NCBI GenBank assembly: GCA_001938485.1
Contig: MQRK01250900.1
Location: forward strand, 1 to 62,425
Direction: 5' to 3'
Origin: Girardia tigrina
Taxonomy: Eukaryota
Length of the DNA: 62,425 bases
The notes beneath the pieces are model-generated. The model had not been told where the DNA came from and did no database searches. It was given only the letters and a program-made list of their open reading frames with translations. Shown here piece after piece: positions 10,645-23,644 of the stretch. Made by a program: the position numbers and the translations under genes. The first letter of the stretch is position 1. Every line of letters starts with the position of its first letter.

Positions 10645-12702
10645 TGTTGGGTGTGATATTATTAATGCTGGATTTTATATTATTATTTTAATTTTATTAA
10701 TTCAAATTTGTGAGTTTCATGTAATGCTTTAGCATCTTAGTTTATTTTGACCCAACATATTATTTAGATATGTCTCTCCGGTAAGTGTCTCTAACTCACA
10801 CTTATTAGAGATTCATATCGTACTCCATCAACCTCATCTGGCCCTTTTATCTCGCCAGTGAAGTCGATGAAGTACCTATTGGGTTCTACATTATATTTAA
10901 ATATATTAAGTCTATGAAAGTCGGCTTATGCTACTTCTATTTAATTAATGATCATCTTATTTTTTTCCTCAACATGTTTTTTTTATTTGATTACTATATT
11001 TCTTACTATAAGTTTATCATTTTCACATCAGAGATTTAAGTTAAAAGAACATGAACAAATTATATGTTTACATTGTTTATTAAAATATAACAAAAGAAAA
11101 GACTAATCAAAGGCAATCCACCCATNNNNNNNNNNNNNNNNNNNNNNNNNNNNNNNNNNNNNNNNNNNNNNNNNNNNNNNNNNNNNNNNNNNNNNNNNNN
11201 NNNNNNNNNNNNNNNNNNNNNNNNNNNNNNNNNNNNNNNNNNNNNNNNNNNNNNNNNNNNNNNNNNNNNNNNNNNNNNNNNNNNNNNNNNNNNNNNNNNN
11301 NNNNNNNNNNNNNNNNNNNNNNNNNNNNNNNNNNNNNNNNNNNNNNNNNNNNNNNNNNNNNNNNNNNNNNNNNNNNNNNNNNNNNNNNNNNNNNNNNNNN
11401 NNNNNNNNNNNNNNNNNNNNNNNNNNNNNNNNTTGAGCCTTTCGCTTCCTCTGCTCCCGCCGCTTCTGAGATCTGCTGAGCACCCCAGAGGAAGATGATG
11501 CCATATCCTCTTTCATAATTGACCCATAAATGTTCGGGTTCGTCACCAGAGACTTCTTTTCTGTATTTGATCCAATCTTGTTTGCTGTTTCTATAATTAT
11601 TTCCGGTTGCTCTTCTGAAACCTTTTCGATCACTTTCTTGTAGTAGTTGGACATATTTTGTTGAATTCTTATCTCGGTGACCTCGTTTTACAAGGACTTT
11701 ATTTTTTGTTGTCCTAGCAAATATTTGTCCACAACCGGTTTGTGAATTGATAGAGGAACGGAATTCTTTCTGTAGTCCTCAAATTCGGTTGTCCTCTTCG
11801 TTAATTCACCATTCAGCTTGTCACATTCGCCTTTCCACTTCTGCAACTCCAGCAGCAGTTCTCTTTGTTGTTTTTTGGTTTCATATTTTCTATCCATGCT
11901 GAATAAGGACGATGAGTGAATTAAAAAAAATAAATAAATAAAAAAAATAAAAGAACAAAAAGAATAATTGATGGAGGCTGAGAGAAACAAATTCTCTTCC
12001 AGAAATGAAACTTGGCAAGGACTTTCTCAAATTTCCAGATCGTCAATAGTCTCGGCAGGCACTATAAGCACCTGCCGTTAATCTATTAACAGATCGGCAG
12101 TCATCAAATTACTTCACAACCTGTTCATATTCCCTACCTGATCGCAACAGTCTCGGCAGGAACTATAAACCCCTACCGTTATCTATCGACAGATCGGCAG
12201 CCTTGATGTGCTCCCAAACCTCCATCAACTTTCAAAAAAAAATAAAAATTACCTAAGAACAAAACAAATCTTTTCAAATAAAATTTATTCAAAGAAAAAA
12301 GTCTGATCATGTGCACAAATTCGGATGAATTTATACCAATCTTTCATCACAAAAACTCACAGAACCAGCAAGCAGACAATTCTCACAGTCAACCTTCAAT
12401 CATCCATCACTAAGTCAATAGTCCTCAGGTAGAAACAACCCGGAGATGGCCAAAATTCCGATCAAACCCACGTCAACAAATCAGGCCATCAAATTCTCAC
12501 AAGAAAATATTCAAATCAACAGTATCCAAGGGTCAAAACCAATTAAAAGTTTCTCTTTTTTAATTAATTAATTATAAATTATCATTATAATGTTTTATTT
12601 TTTGTTTTTTATATTTAGGGAGTTTTTCCATCGCCTGCCTCGGTGCCGGTGCAATGAATAGGCCCGAGGCTGACGCGAAGGAAAAACTCACTAGTACCAA
12701 CA
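10645..12702 (-). mobile_element. TG..CA-bounded insertion (large solo LTR or non-autonomous retroelement) with internal ORF and multiple hairpins
   Basis: Ends TGTTGG / CCAACA; 4-bp TSD caaa/cgaa (one mismatch); interrupts the MULE ORF precisely; includes an N gap at 11126-11432. Confidence 0.75.
11433..11897 (-). pseudogene. Coiled-coil plus Arg/Lys-rich basic protein of unknown family inside the insertion (one in-frame TAA at 11688-11690; runs into the gap)
   Basis: ORFs 11688-11990 and 11103-11654 are in the same frame: MDRKYETKKQQRELLLELQKWKGECDKLNGELTKRTTEFEDY...SRSQKRREQRKRKAQ. Confidence 0.55.
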
Positions 12703-13809
12703 CGAATTGCATCTGAACTATTAGATATTAATGTGTCTACTTTAATTTTTTCACCAATTTTCTCAGTTGATTCTACCAAAGCTTGGAAAATAAATACAAA
12801 GTCTAGTTTCAATTCATTTGTGCAGATGCTGATACCATAAGGATGAAAATGCCGGTCCAAATCAGTTGTACCACTTATCAAAACTTGCCTGCCTTCCCAA
12901 AACAATTTGTATGTTTCATCGGCATGGATTCTGCTTGATTTAATAGCCATTCTTAATAGCCGTATTGTGGAAAAGAATATTCGAAATTGTTTTTCATTCA
13001 TATCTTTATTATCATCATTGTCACCATAATTTATAAAATGCTTTGCCACATAACCTTTGTCATCGTCGTCCGTTGCTTCATTGTGATCAATGCACCATCG
13101 CTCAAGCTCGCCAATACTAATTTTTGTCGGTCCATATTTCTTTTGTCGCAGTTGACTGATGCAATTTGAAATTTGCGTTTTGTTATTGATTTGAACATTG
13201 TTTTCTCGCAATTTTTCAAAATTGCTTTCGGCTTAAATCTTAAATCAAAATATTTTTTTATCTCTGCTTTTAATTCATTAGTTAGTCTGTTTAATGATTG
13301 TAAATTGGTATGATCATGTTCGCTGTCGCTTCTGAAAAGAATCACGTCTTCACTGTGGCTATCAAATAACAAGTACACGCCAGTTGGACATTGGTCACCT
13401 ATCAATTTTGCTTTTTTTGCAGCGGTAATATACATGATTTCCAACTTGAGTATGATTTATATAATGACAACTCCATGTATCTTCATCATAAATAAACGCC
13501 ATTGCAGTTTCTTTATTTGGGTAGATGTGTTCCATTTCCCAGTTACGTTTTCTTTTTGCTCTTCGTTTTGCTTGAATTGCACCATTTTCAACACTTTCCA
13601 TATCGATTTCCTCCTCTGAGACGTATTCTGGAATGCTTGATGTTGCCATTGAATATTGAAATAAATTAGTAATGTTTCTTTGAATTGAATTTGATTGTAT
13701 ATTCGATTGTATACACTGGCCATTGTCCGTCAATTTTAATTTGTTTTTGTTGCTAAAAACGTATTGCAGTGGCATTTTAATATATCTTTCTAAAAATAAA
13801 TAATACAAC

Positions 13810-14322
13810 TCATTTTAGGCGCGGATTTCCTAACACATCATGAATTGCTGGTCGACTGCCATAATAAGTAACTTTTGTCATGATCAGGACTTGAATACGA
13901 AGACTCCACTATCAAACCAAACCTAGAGAACTTCGTACCATCATTGAACAGTCTGAAAAACCTCGCTCCACCAATCTCGAAGTCCAAAAACTCCGTTGCA
14001 AACACAATGCTATCCGAAGAACAAAATATTACCACCCTGCCATCAGACCTATAAGATTTAATTTATATGAACTGCCGGAACACCATCCATAAAAAACAAC
14101 ACCTTCCACACGAAGCTCCACATGGAACATCAGATCATTACACCTTCTGATCAGCATATCCGACTAAGACGCAGAAAACTGGCCCTGTATCGTCGCACCT
14201 CGGTAGAGACATAATTCCTGTAGTTAGAAAGAATGGGAATCATGAGGCGATCAAAATCACTTTTGGCATCCCAACAACACATCGTGCAGAAGAAAGATGG
14301 AATAATTGGACTTTGTAGAGAT
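13810..14322 (+). mobile_element. Gypsy pol fragment (end of protease to start of RT)
   Basis: ILGADFLTHHELLVDC and MGIMRRSKSLLASQQHIVQKKDG (degenerate GIIRPSxSPWASPLHLVPKKDG). Confidence 0.75.
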
Positions 14323-14550
14323 GGTGTAAGTAAAATAATTGAAGGAAGGGATGAATTGAAACCCGACATAGAAACAAATGAGAGACTTAATTGTGTTTAC
14401 AGATTAACTGTTCCTTATTCTGAAGGTTTTAAAAAATTGATTGAATAATTGGTTACGTAGTCAGTATTTTAACATATGTAAACTTCACAACTAGAATCAG
14501 AATCGCCTGATAATGACGGATATTACGTCGAAATATATTCCGTTAATAAA
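14323..14550 (+). mobile_element. Penelope-like remnant ending in a degenerate hammerhead (14504-14542)
   Basis: YRLTVPYSEG-like peptide, then CUGAUAA-U-GACG(gauauua)CGUC-GAAA-UAUA; the core G of CUGANGA is mutated. Confidence 0.45.
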
Positions 14551-15198
14551 AAATTATTTTAAAATGGCGAATTTTAATTTCACATATCTCAATTGGATTG
14601 ATATTTGCGTGAGAATAATAACGAAAGCTGATTAAATTCATTTTTTATTATGTTTAAAAAACTCTGCAGTGTTTATTAAAAAATATTAAAAGATAAATTA
14701 AAAGATAACCTAACATTATATATATATATATATATATAAATTTAAATTTTTCTTTTTTATTTTTAAATTCGCTTCATTTTATCAACTTTTCTGTGTGTGA
14801 GGAATATTTTGAATGTTTATTGTTTTATGTTTAAATGTTGTATGTTGATTTGGAATTGTGTCGATCCTATCCAGATGGCTGATTAATATTTTAATTCTTA
14901 TAATAATTGTCAAATTTTAAATAAGTAAATTAATTTTATTTAAAATTTTTAAAGAAATAAATTAAATTAATGTTTTAAATAATTAATATTCATTTTAATT
15001 TTTAACCAATAAAATTTGAATAAATATTTTAACAATTTATTTAGTTTTCCATTTACTCAGATAATAAGATTAAAGTCGTTTATTAATTAGACGAATGTAA
15101 TCTTAAGAAAGCTTTAACAAAGATTGTCCTCAGGATAATCAAACGTGTTGTAATAATAAAAATATTAAAAGTCATATTGTTCTTAAGACTGTGTATTA

Positions 15199-16461
15199 TT
15201 AGGTTATTTAAAAAATAATGTCGTTTTTTCACTTTAATCTTTATAGACAAATATCTCAGCGTCAAATCAACTTTAATAAGCGAAATAACAACCGTTAGCA
15301 TCAATACACTTTTGGCAACTTTGCAAAAGTTTATTTATTCCGGTTGCATAAAATTCTGACTTTCTGGAGGCTATGAAATTATTGAAGGCAGGTTTAGCAT
15401 CCCAATGATTTTCGAAGTATTTCTCCTGGAGGAAAATATCAAGATGTTTGAAAACGTGATAATCAGTAGGTGAGAGGTCAGATAAGTATGGTGGATGATT
15501 CAAAGTTTCGTTGCCAAGTTCGTTCAACAGTTGCATTGTCAGACGTTCGATGTGTAGCTGAGTGTTGTCGTGGAGAAGAATAGGCACCTCCCTATTGACT
15601 AATGCTGGTTGTTGTTGTTGTTGTTTTTGGTTCACTTTGACAATTTCCTGACAGAATCTCTCTGCCGTAATTGTTTCTCCTGGATTTAGGAAGCTATGAT
15701 GAATAACACCGGCTGCAGACCACCAAACAGTCACCATTATATTGTTTTGGAACAATTGCAGTCTCAGAAAAGGTTGCGGAGCTTGATCGTGGTGCAACTG
15801 TTGAGAAGAACATCTCCGATTGTCGTAGAGAATCCACTTTTCATCACACGTTAAAATTTGGTCCGGAAATGGATCATTCTTGTTCCGCAAAGAAGTGATG
15901 ACGATGCCTCAAAACGACGCATTTTTTGATTGTCATTTAATTCGTATGGAATTCATTTATGCAGTTTTTCGACTTCCCAATGTCACACAGATGGTATGAA
16001 ATTGTTCCTCCGCAAGCTCTCGAACTTTTGTGCGTGGATTTGCTTCTACTAGAGCCTTCAAATTTTCATTTTCAATAGCAGGTTTCCGTTCACGGCCATC
16101 ATCATCTTTGAGGGTCTCATCTCCTTCTTGAAATTTTTTGAACCAACGTTGTAACATACGTTCGTTTGTGGTTCCATCGCCCAATGTACCGTTGATATTA
16201 CGGACAGCCTCCGATACTTTGTGGTCAAGTTTGAATTCATATAAAAAAATTGCTCATAATTGCGCTTTTGCATATTGACAACTATTTAAAAAAACGCGTT
16301 ATTTTAAAGTTAATATTTAAACAAAGTATCATAAAAATATAGAGTTTTTCATAAGCTTTAAAATTATGTATAAAACATGAATAAATGATAAGGATTTATT
16401 TCAAAACATGAACAAAAATCAGGACCATTCAAAAAACGACATTATTTTTTAAACAACCTAA
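15199..16461 (-). mobile_element. Full-length decayed mariner (DD34D) transposon
   Basis: TIRs ttaggttatttaaaaaataatgtcgttttt / aaaaacgacattattttttaaacaacctaa, TA TSD; motifs TCDEKWILYDN, LLHDN, PYLSDLSPTDYHVF; frameshifted. Confidence 0.93.
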
Positions 16462-17569
16462 TATTTAATTCTTATGTGACAGCACTATATAACTTTTTTG
16501 AGCAAAAATTTACTTAATATTTATTTTTTGTTTACATTATGTACACAAATTTGTAAAGACTACTTAGAATGAAGAAAGCATTGATTCAATAAAAAACCGC
16601 AAATCGAGATTTACTCATTACTTAAATATGTATAAAAGGTGTAGAAAAAACAAATAAAATTTATAAATTGAATTGAATTCAATCTAATTAATTTCTCTTA
16701 CTGAAATGTAACTGTTTAAATTCTTGTATGAAATTGTTTAGTAAATGTTTTTATGTTTTAATCATTAATTTAAAATTTTGATTATAAGCAGCTTTAAATA
16801 GAAAACGGGAAGTTCAAAGACGCTAATTATTTAATAGTTATGTGATGACTCAATTTTTACTTTTGGAGTTTTTGAATATTCTTTTCAATATAAAAAATAG
16901 TGTACAACAACTGAAAGTGTCAATATTTATGAATATTAACTCACAAGTACAACCAAATTAAACAACGAGAACCAGTACATAACAATGTGTATAAATCTTG
17001 TGGTGCATCGGTCTAACGATCAAAATTAAAAAAGCGAACTTTTGTTTAAGTAAAGTAAACAAAAATAATTCAGACACACAAATTCAAATTTTGTAATTAT
17101 GGTGATGATAATAAATCTTTTATGAAAACCACCGACTTATTATTTTTCCTTATCAATTTTTTATTACCACGTTTTACTTAACTTGCTTTGGGTTCTGTCT
17201 GTCTTTCTGTTTGTTTGTGATGTTTCACTTTTCACACGCTTTTTTAGACCACTTCCACTCATCCGATCGTTCTGNNNNNNNNNNNNNNNNNNNNNNNNNN
17301 NNNNNNNNNNNNNNNNNNNNNNNNNNNNNNNNNNNNNNNNNNNNNNNNNNNNNNNNNNNNNNNNNNNNNNNNNNNNNNNNNNNNNNNNNNNNNNNNNNNN
17401 NNNNNNNNNNNNNNNNNNNNNNNNNNNNNNNNNNNNNNNNNNNNNNNNNNNNNNNNNNNNNNNNNNNNNNNNNNNNNNNNNNNNNNNNNNNNNNNNNNNN
17501 NNNNNNNNNNNNNNNNNNNNNNNNNNNNNNNNNNNNNNNNNNNNNNNNNNNNNNNNNNNNNNNNNNAAC

Positions 17570-18320
17570 TGCTATTTCCTCTTTACTGCTTTTTAGTAAC
17601 AATCGATTATTTCTATGCCCCACGTTTTTGGTTAGGTATAAAATTTCTCACATGTCTAGAAAAAATTTATTTTCCTCTTTTTAGTTCATTGGTAATGCTT
17701 GAAAAACGTAGTTAATTGTTTTTGTTCATTAAACTTGTAGTTAAGTTTTATACAACTGATGTGGGGATATTTCGGTGTCCCTTTACTCATTGTACGAAAT
17801 GTGTTTACACAGGTAAAGATTTTCAGAATCATGGTACGAGGGATCATGATTGGTCCTTTCTGACTAAGAAACCGAAGCGTGCCCCTGTACTGAAAGCTCG
17901 CATTCTTACATCTAAACGCGTGCGAGAAAGTCACTAGGCTCTGTATTGTCTATTTATGGATTCTACTAGATACAGAGTCTACTGCTCACTACCATGTACG
18001 CCAATGCTGATACTGTAGTCTCTACGATACTAAATTATTCGTCCAGTTGGGGAGGCTTCATAATCTCAAGATTCTGTGTAAGCATTTTGTTGGTTATTGG
18101 GAAAGATTGTCGTGTAAAGCTTTACTAATTAAGTCGCATGATCCTACAATCAATGTTCAATCGGCAATCTTAAGAAACTTATTGAAAATTTTCGATTAGC
18201 TTGATTTCATGCAATCGAACGCATAATCATTATTGCTTCATCTATTTATAGGTGAATTAAACTATTAATCAGTTACCTAAATATGACGGTTGATACGTCG
18301 AAATAAATTGTCTTGAAATA
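17570..18320 (+). mobile_element. Penelope-like element remnant (GIY-YIG region)
   Basis: FRCPFTHCTKCVYTGK...TR and ERLSCKALLIKSHDPTINVQ resemble PLE GIY-YIG; degenerate hammerhead-like GACG...CGTCGAAA at about 18285-18312. Confidence 0.45.
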
Positions 18321-18409
18321 TATTTTAATGGACGAATTTTGTTTCTTAAAAAGGCCGTATATTAATTTTACCAAAAAAACATGTAATCAATTACCATTGT
18401 CCTCCTTTC

Positions 18410-21400
18410 TGTAACAACGAATCACAAATCTATAAAATTTATATTTCACTAACAAATACTTTTTAAATAGATATTATTTAAACAAATAATTATCTATATT
18501 TTTTCATGTTAAATATTTAATTTAAGAAATAAATTTAACATGTAACACTCCCCACAGATTCTTCATAACAAGAATCTATATCTACTACATACTCGTTCAA
18601 ATAATTTGGTTTTCGTCTTTCTCTTTGGGGTCTGTTGCTGATTCCCGATTCACTTTGCTTAACACTCGGAGCTGATTCGTTGTTATTTTCCAACATGTAA
18701 TCAGAGTAAGAGTTTCGCGGCGGGTCTGGTTGTCTTGGTCGAATATCTGCTATATGCCGTGGACCGCAAAAACCATCACAATTTATTAAGTACTTTCTTT
18801 GATCCAATTTTCTAACGACAACGCCTCTTGTCCATTGCTTTGTNNNNNNNNNNNNNNNNNNNNNCTTTACCCAGACTAACTGTTGCTCTACGAAGTCTGT
18901 CTTTACCTTATTGTAAACCGGCTCCTTTTCAATTCTTTCGATTATCTCCAAACCGACTGGAATGTACTTGTAAAGTACTGAACTAAGTGTCTCCTTTCCG
19001 TCGGACGGTGTATTGTTATACCATCATAAGGCTTCCATGATACTGATATTCGATCGAGACACAATTCTCTTGATTGTCTTATGATTTCTCTCTATTATTC
19101 CGTTGCAATTTGGTCGATTAATAGCACGGTATAAGACATGTACATTCCACTTTTCCATCAACTTGCTGAATTCGGCTGAATGAAATGTCGTATAATTGAC
19201 AATAATCAACTCCTTTAGAGATCCACGCTCGCAGAACAAATTTGAAAACTCTGTAACAATCGACTTGACATCCTCAGCTTTGATTAGTTTCCATACTGCA
19301 AATCGAGAGAGTCCACAATCAATGATACTTAAGAATTTTTGTTGATCAAATTTTGTGACATCCGCTGCAAGTCTTGTCCAGTTTTCATTGACAGCTAATT
19401 TTCCAGTTTCCCATTTTATTGGTGCCGGATTGACAACTTTGACACTTCGAGATCAAATCCTTTATATCCGCATTTGACACATTTATTTCCAACTTATCGC
19501 ACAGATATCGCATTCTCTTTGCACCTAAATGACATCTGTCATGAAGTTTNNNNNNNNNNNNNNNNNNNNNNNNNNNNNNNNNNNNNNNNNNNNNNNNNNN
19601 NNATTGTTTGGGTATTCTTGTCAGTTCATCAGCCTTGTTGTCTTCACTATTAACAAACTCAATTTTCAAAGTTATTTCGTATTCCTGGCACAACTCCTTA
19701 ATCATTGACAATCGGCGCTTTATGAAAAGTTCGGAAGAGGCTTTCGTGTGTAATTTATTTCGCTCTGATAGTGCCTCAGTTATCCAAGAAACAACTGATT
19801 TGTTATCTGATTTTACTACAACATTCGTTAGTCCCCATTTACTACACAGATTTAGACCCTTTACAAATGCTTCTAGTTCAGCTACGTTTATGTGCCTAGA
19901 ATCATCAGTTTTTCTTAACCACGATGCGTCTTCTATAATATTTCCTTTAACTTCCAATGTTGCCCCAATGGCTATCGAACTGGCATCACACCATATGATG
20001 CCGTCTTTACAATCATCAATACTCCATATTCCTCTACAAGGATCTTCCTTCTTAACTTTTTCAAAACAAATTTGATTTTCTCGAATAATTCGACATATAT
20101 TTTCTCATCCCACTTTCCTTCACTGAGCCTTTTCATGTAGGAGCATGATGGACGTAGCCAACCTGCAACAGGGTGGATTCCTATTAATTGGCCACACAGC
20201 GAATATAACTCGCGACGCGATATTGATTCGGCAAATATCTCGTCCTTGAAATGATTATCTCTCATCCATCTCATCGAATTCTTATCTTTAAAGACTTTAA
20301 CTCCCAACACTCGCACCTCTTTATCCATTGAGAGATTTTCTGGTTTTTTACATTTAAGATTAAATTTCTCGAACAGCATTCTAATTTCGTCAACTGTGAT
20401 TGTAGATTCGTCAATGTAAATGTCATCGATGTACGAGTCGGTGTTTTCACGTGCTCTAGGATCAGAATTTAAAATCCACTTGACAATTTCAGTCATAATG
20501 GCCGGAGCAATATTTAAACCAAAGCCCATCCTGGTTAGAGCGTACTTTTTCCATTAATGATGCATGATTGATAACGCCACATTTCCTTGTGAACGCGAAT
20601 CTGCATATACACCTCTGATAAATCAAGCATTGAAAATCTTGATCCTTTTCGCCGCCAGGTGCGAAGTTTTTCCAGACATATATCTGCTGAGCCACTGTAC
20701 ACATCTACATAATTGTTTAATTTCCTAAAATCAAAGATTGGTCTTATCTTGGATTTGTTAACTTGCAATATTCCAAATATGAGTATAGATCATATCGATT
20801 TACCCATTTCCTTCTCTTCATAATGGATTAAATAACCCTTCTTCATCCACTCCTCAAGGATTTTCATTGTAGCTATGTCTTTCGATTTGTCATCCTTAAA
20901 GGTCGAATGTCAAATTGGTAGATAAATCGGCGCTTCATCTTTCCACTTCCATTTAACCGTCCAATTATCCTTAAATTCAATCTCATAATTGTGTTTGTTC
21001 AGGCTAACACTTGGCACAACACCCGTGACACAACTCATATTGTCACCAGCCTTCATTAGTCCTTCTCCTACACACACACCAAATTCGACAACACCCTTAT
21101 TAATTTTTACACCCCCAAGTTCACTTATAACATCCATGCCAATTATAATTCCCAAATCATAGGGTAAGTATTTCATGACAGAACATTCTACTTTCATAGT
21201 TCTATTGTCTATAGTCAATTCCACATCACTAATCCCCACACATATATCATCGCCATTAGCCAAAANNNNNNNNNNNNNNNNNNNNNNNNNNNNNNNNNNN
21301 NNNNNNNNNNNNNNNAACGAGTTTCCCTTGATCAACCCTTTCAAAACAACAGTTTTTGAGTAACCCGAATCTATCAACGCTGTAACCGACTTGTTGTTAA

Positions 21401-22342
21401 CAATGACAGTCATGGTTGGCAGCGCCGGAAATGTCAGAGGGAAAGAGCCAGCGCCTACAAACTCCCCTGTCCGTTTCCCGACTTGCAATATTTTCCAATA
21501 TGTCCAACTTGCTTACATTTATAGCAAATTATTTGTCCATTAGATTGCCGCTGAGAATTTTCATAACGGTTAACCCTTGTTTGTACCAGATTTCCGTCAT
21601 GTGGCATACGGGGTTTTGTAAAGGAACTCCTTCTACCGCCGCTGACCTCACTTCGTTCTTTAGAAACGATCTTGCCTTCCCCAACGTTTTGTACCGCTGA
21701 TATTGAACTTTGTGTGACTCATTTTTTAATTCTTAAATATCTGCGACTATATTCAACCATTTCGGTTAAATCTTGATCGCCGGCCTGCTCTAAATTCAAT
21801 TGCAACTCGAACGGCAATCCAGCCATAAAGGCCGCCTTGGTCAGATCGTCGATTTTTGATGCCAACATCTTTACTTGAGAAACGTAATCGTCAATAGTTT
21901 GTCCTTCGTAATATTTCATATTAATCAGTTGGCTGTACGCAGATCGTCTGGTTATTCCGAATGAATTGTCCAAGATTTGCAGTACTTCTTCACAGTTGCT
22001 CTGTTCCTTTTCATCCAATTCCATGTATATATTTAACGGAACATCAATCAACAAAAAAGGAAGATATGGGGCCGGATCCAAAATCCCCTGGATTTTCATA
22101 ATCATCCTGAACTTTTTCTTCCAAATTTCAAACTGCCGTTTCCATTAAATTTCTCAAAATGATCGAGTATAATTTTTAAATCGCTTATCATTGTCTGTAT
22201 AGCTTGTAACAACGAATCACAAATCTATAAAATTTATATTTCACTAACAAATACTTTTTAAATAGATATTATTTAAACAAATAATTATCTAAATTTTTTC
22301 ATGTTAAATATTTCATTTAAGAAATAAATTTAACATGTAATA
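18410..22342 (-). mobile_element. Complete compact Gypsy-type LTR retrotransposon (3933 bp), frameshifted
   Basis: 138-bp LTRs 18410-18547 and 22205-22342 (about 3 mismatches); 5-bp TSD CTTTC on both sides; PPT-like GTGGGGAG before the 3' LTR; gag, protease ALIDSG, RT YIDD, RNase H, integrase NGIIERNHKTIK. Confidence 0.95.
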
Positions 22343-23644
22343 CTTTCTTTGAATTTAGTTGAATGTAGGTTAAGTACAATTTTATAAATTGTTCTCGGAG
22401 CAACGAAAAAGTCTTTAAATTATAAAACGTGTAGATCTTGAATTTGTTCCATTAATTTGAACCAAATATAAAAAATTAAAAGAATAAATATAAAAAATCC
22501 ACTCGATTACGCTAATAATAATTAAATTTTTATTCGGTAATGTAATTTTGTCGAAATATTTTGTGGGAAATTTAATATAATGTTTATGCAAAAGAATTAT
22601 TTATTTGAAGGCGATCTGATATATTTTATTAAACTAACATTTATAGCAAAATTTATTTCATTTTCTGTCATATTATTTTCTAACGAATTAAACTACAAAA
22701 AATTGAATAATAGAAATTAAGTATCAATTTAAATCTTTTAAATATTCAAAAATTTTCTCACTTATAAACGGATAACATTTGTTTTAATCGCTAATATCTA
22801 CGAAACAATACCAAGTACAATTTGAAAAAAAGTAAGTGAATAAATATAAATTAAATGTATTAGTTTTGGTTGGAATATCATTTCTGTTTTATGTTAAATA
22901 ATGCATTATTTGATGTCTGGTTTTTGTTATTTTAATGTTTATTGAAAATCCAATTGTTATAGTCATGTGTGTGCGAGTCAAACAAACTGATATACAAACG
23001 ATTCGTTATCAATTACTTCAGCGTCATATCTTTCAATAATTAACGACTTCTCCTGACTATTTTTTCAACGTCAGACATTAATAGAATTGTTGAAATTTTC
23101 TATTGAATTGTTTATTTCATAATCAAACTAGAACAGAGAGTTCGTTTGCTTTACAATCTTTTTTATTGTATAAAACTATATGAATTAAAAAAAGAAATTG
23201 AGTTAATTTATTATTTATGACCAATTTTATAAATTTTAAATTAAAACAATTTTAACCAATCATATTCACTCGAATGCAAATTAAGAGGCCCAACTACCAA
23301 TCGGTGTACAAATCTCTTTTTCTCCACATTAGTATCTAATTCAATTTTATAATTTTGTTTAAAAAAAATTTTCCATCAGTAATTTTTTATTTAAAAATGG
23401 CGTATGAAAACTCACAAAGATATCTACACTTGTAAGATATGGTTTTGTTAATTAAATTATTTTTTTCAATGAATTTTCTGTTGAATGATTCCCTTAAAGT
23501 TAGTCTTAAAAATGTAAATTATCAATTATGTAATAATAATATTTTTTTCTTTAAAATTCAATTCAATTTAATTCACTTCAATTTAATTTTAGAATTCAGG
23601 TGATAATTCATTACACATAACCATTCCATAAAAAAATTATATTA

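Larger units (their letters stand above)
10019..13626 (-). mobile_element. MULE (Mutator-like) transposase pseudogene, split by the 10645-12702 insertion
   Basis: IHADETYKL, GTTDLDRHFHP, CWVHM and NNALES motifs. Removing 10645-12706 restores ...SSDAIR|NAFKELFGENK...CWVHM. TIRs not defined. Confidence 0.85.

Noticed and set aside
12038-12200. Twister, HDV-like or SECIS assignment for the tandem hairpins
   Set aside because: I could not find the required pseudoknots or conserved core nucleotides by eye.
19608-20075. Antisense ORFs over TE genes (also 2905-3243, 41091-41390, 41968-42252)
   Set aside because: Shadow frames of the real minus-strand TE ORFs.
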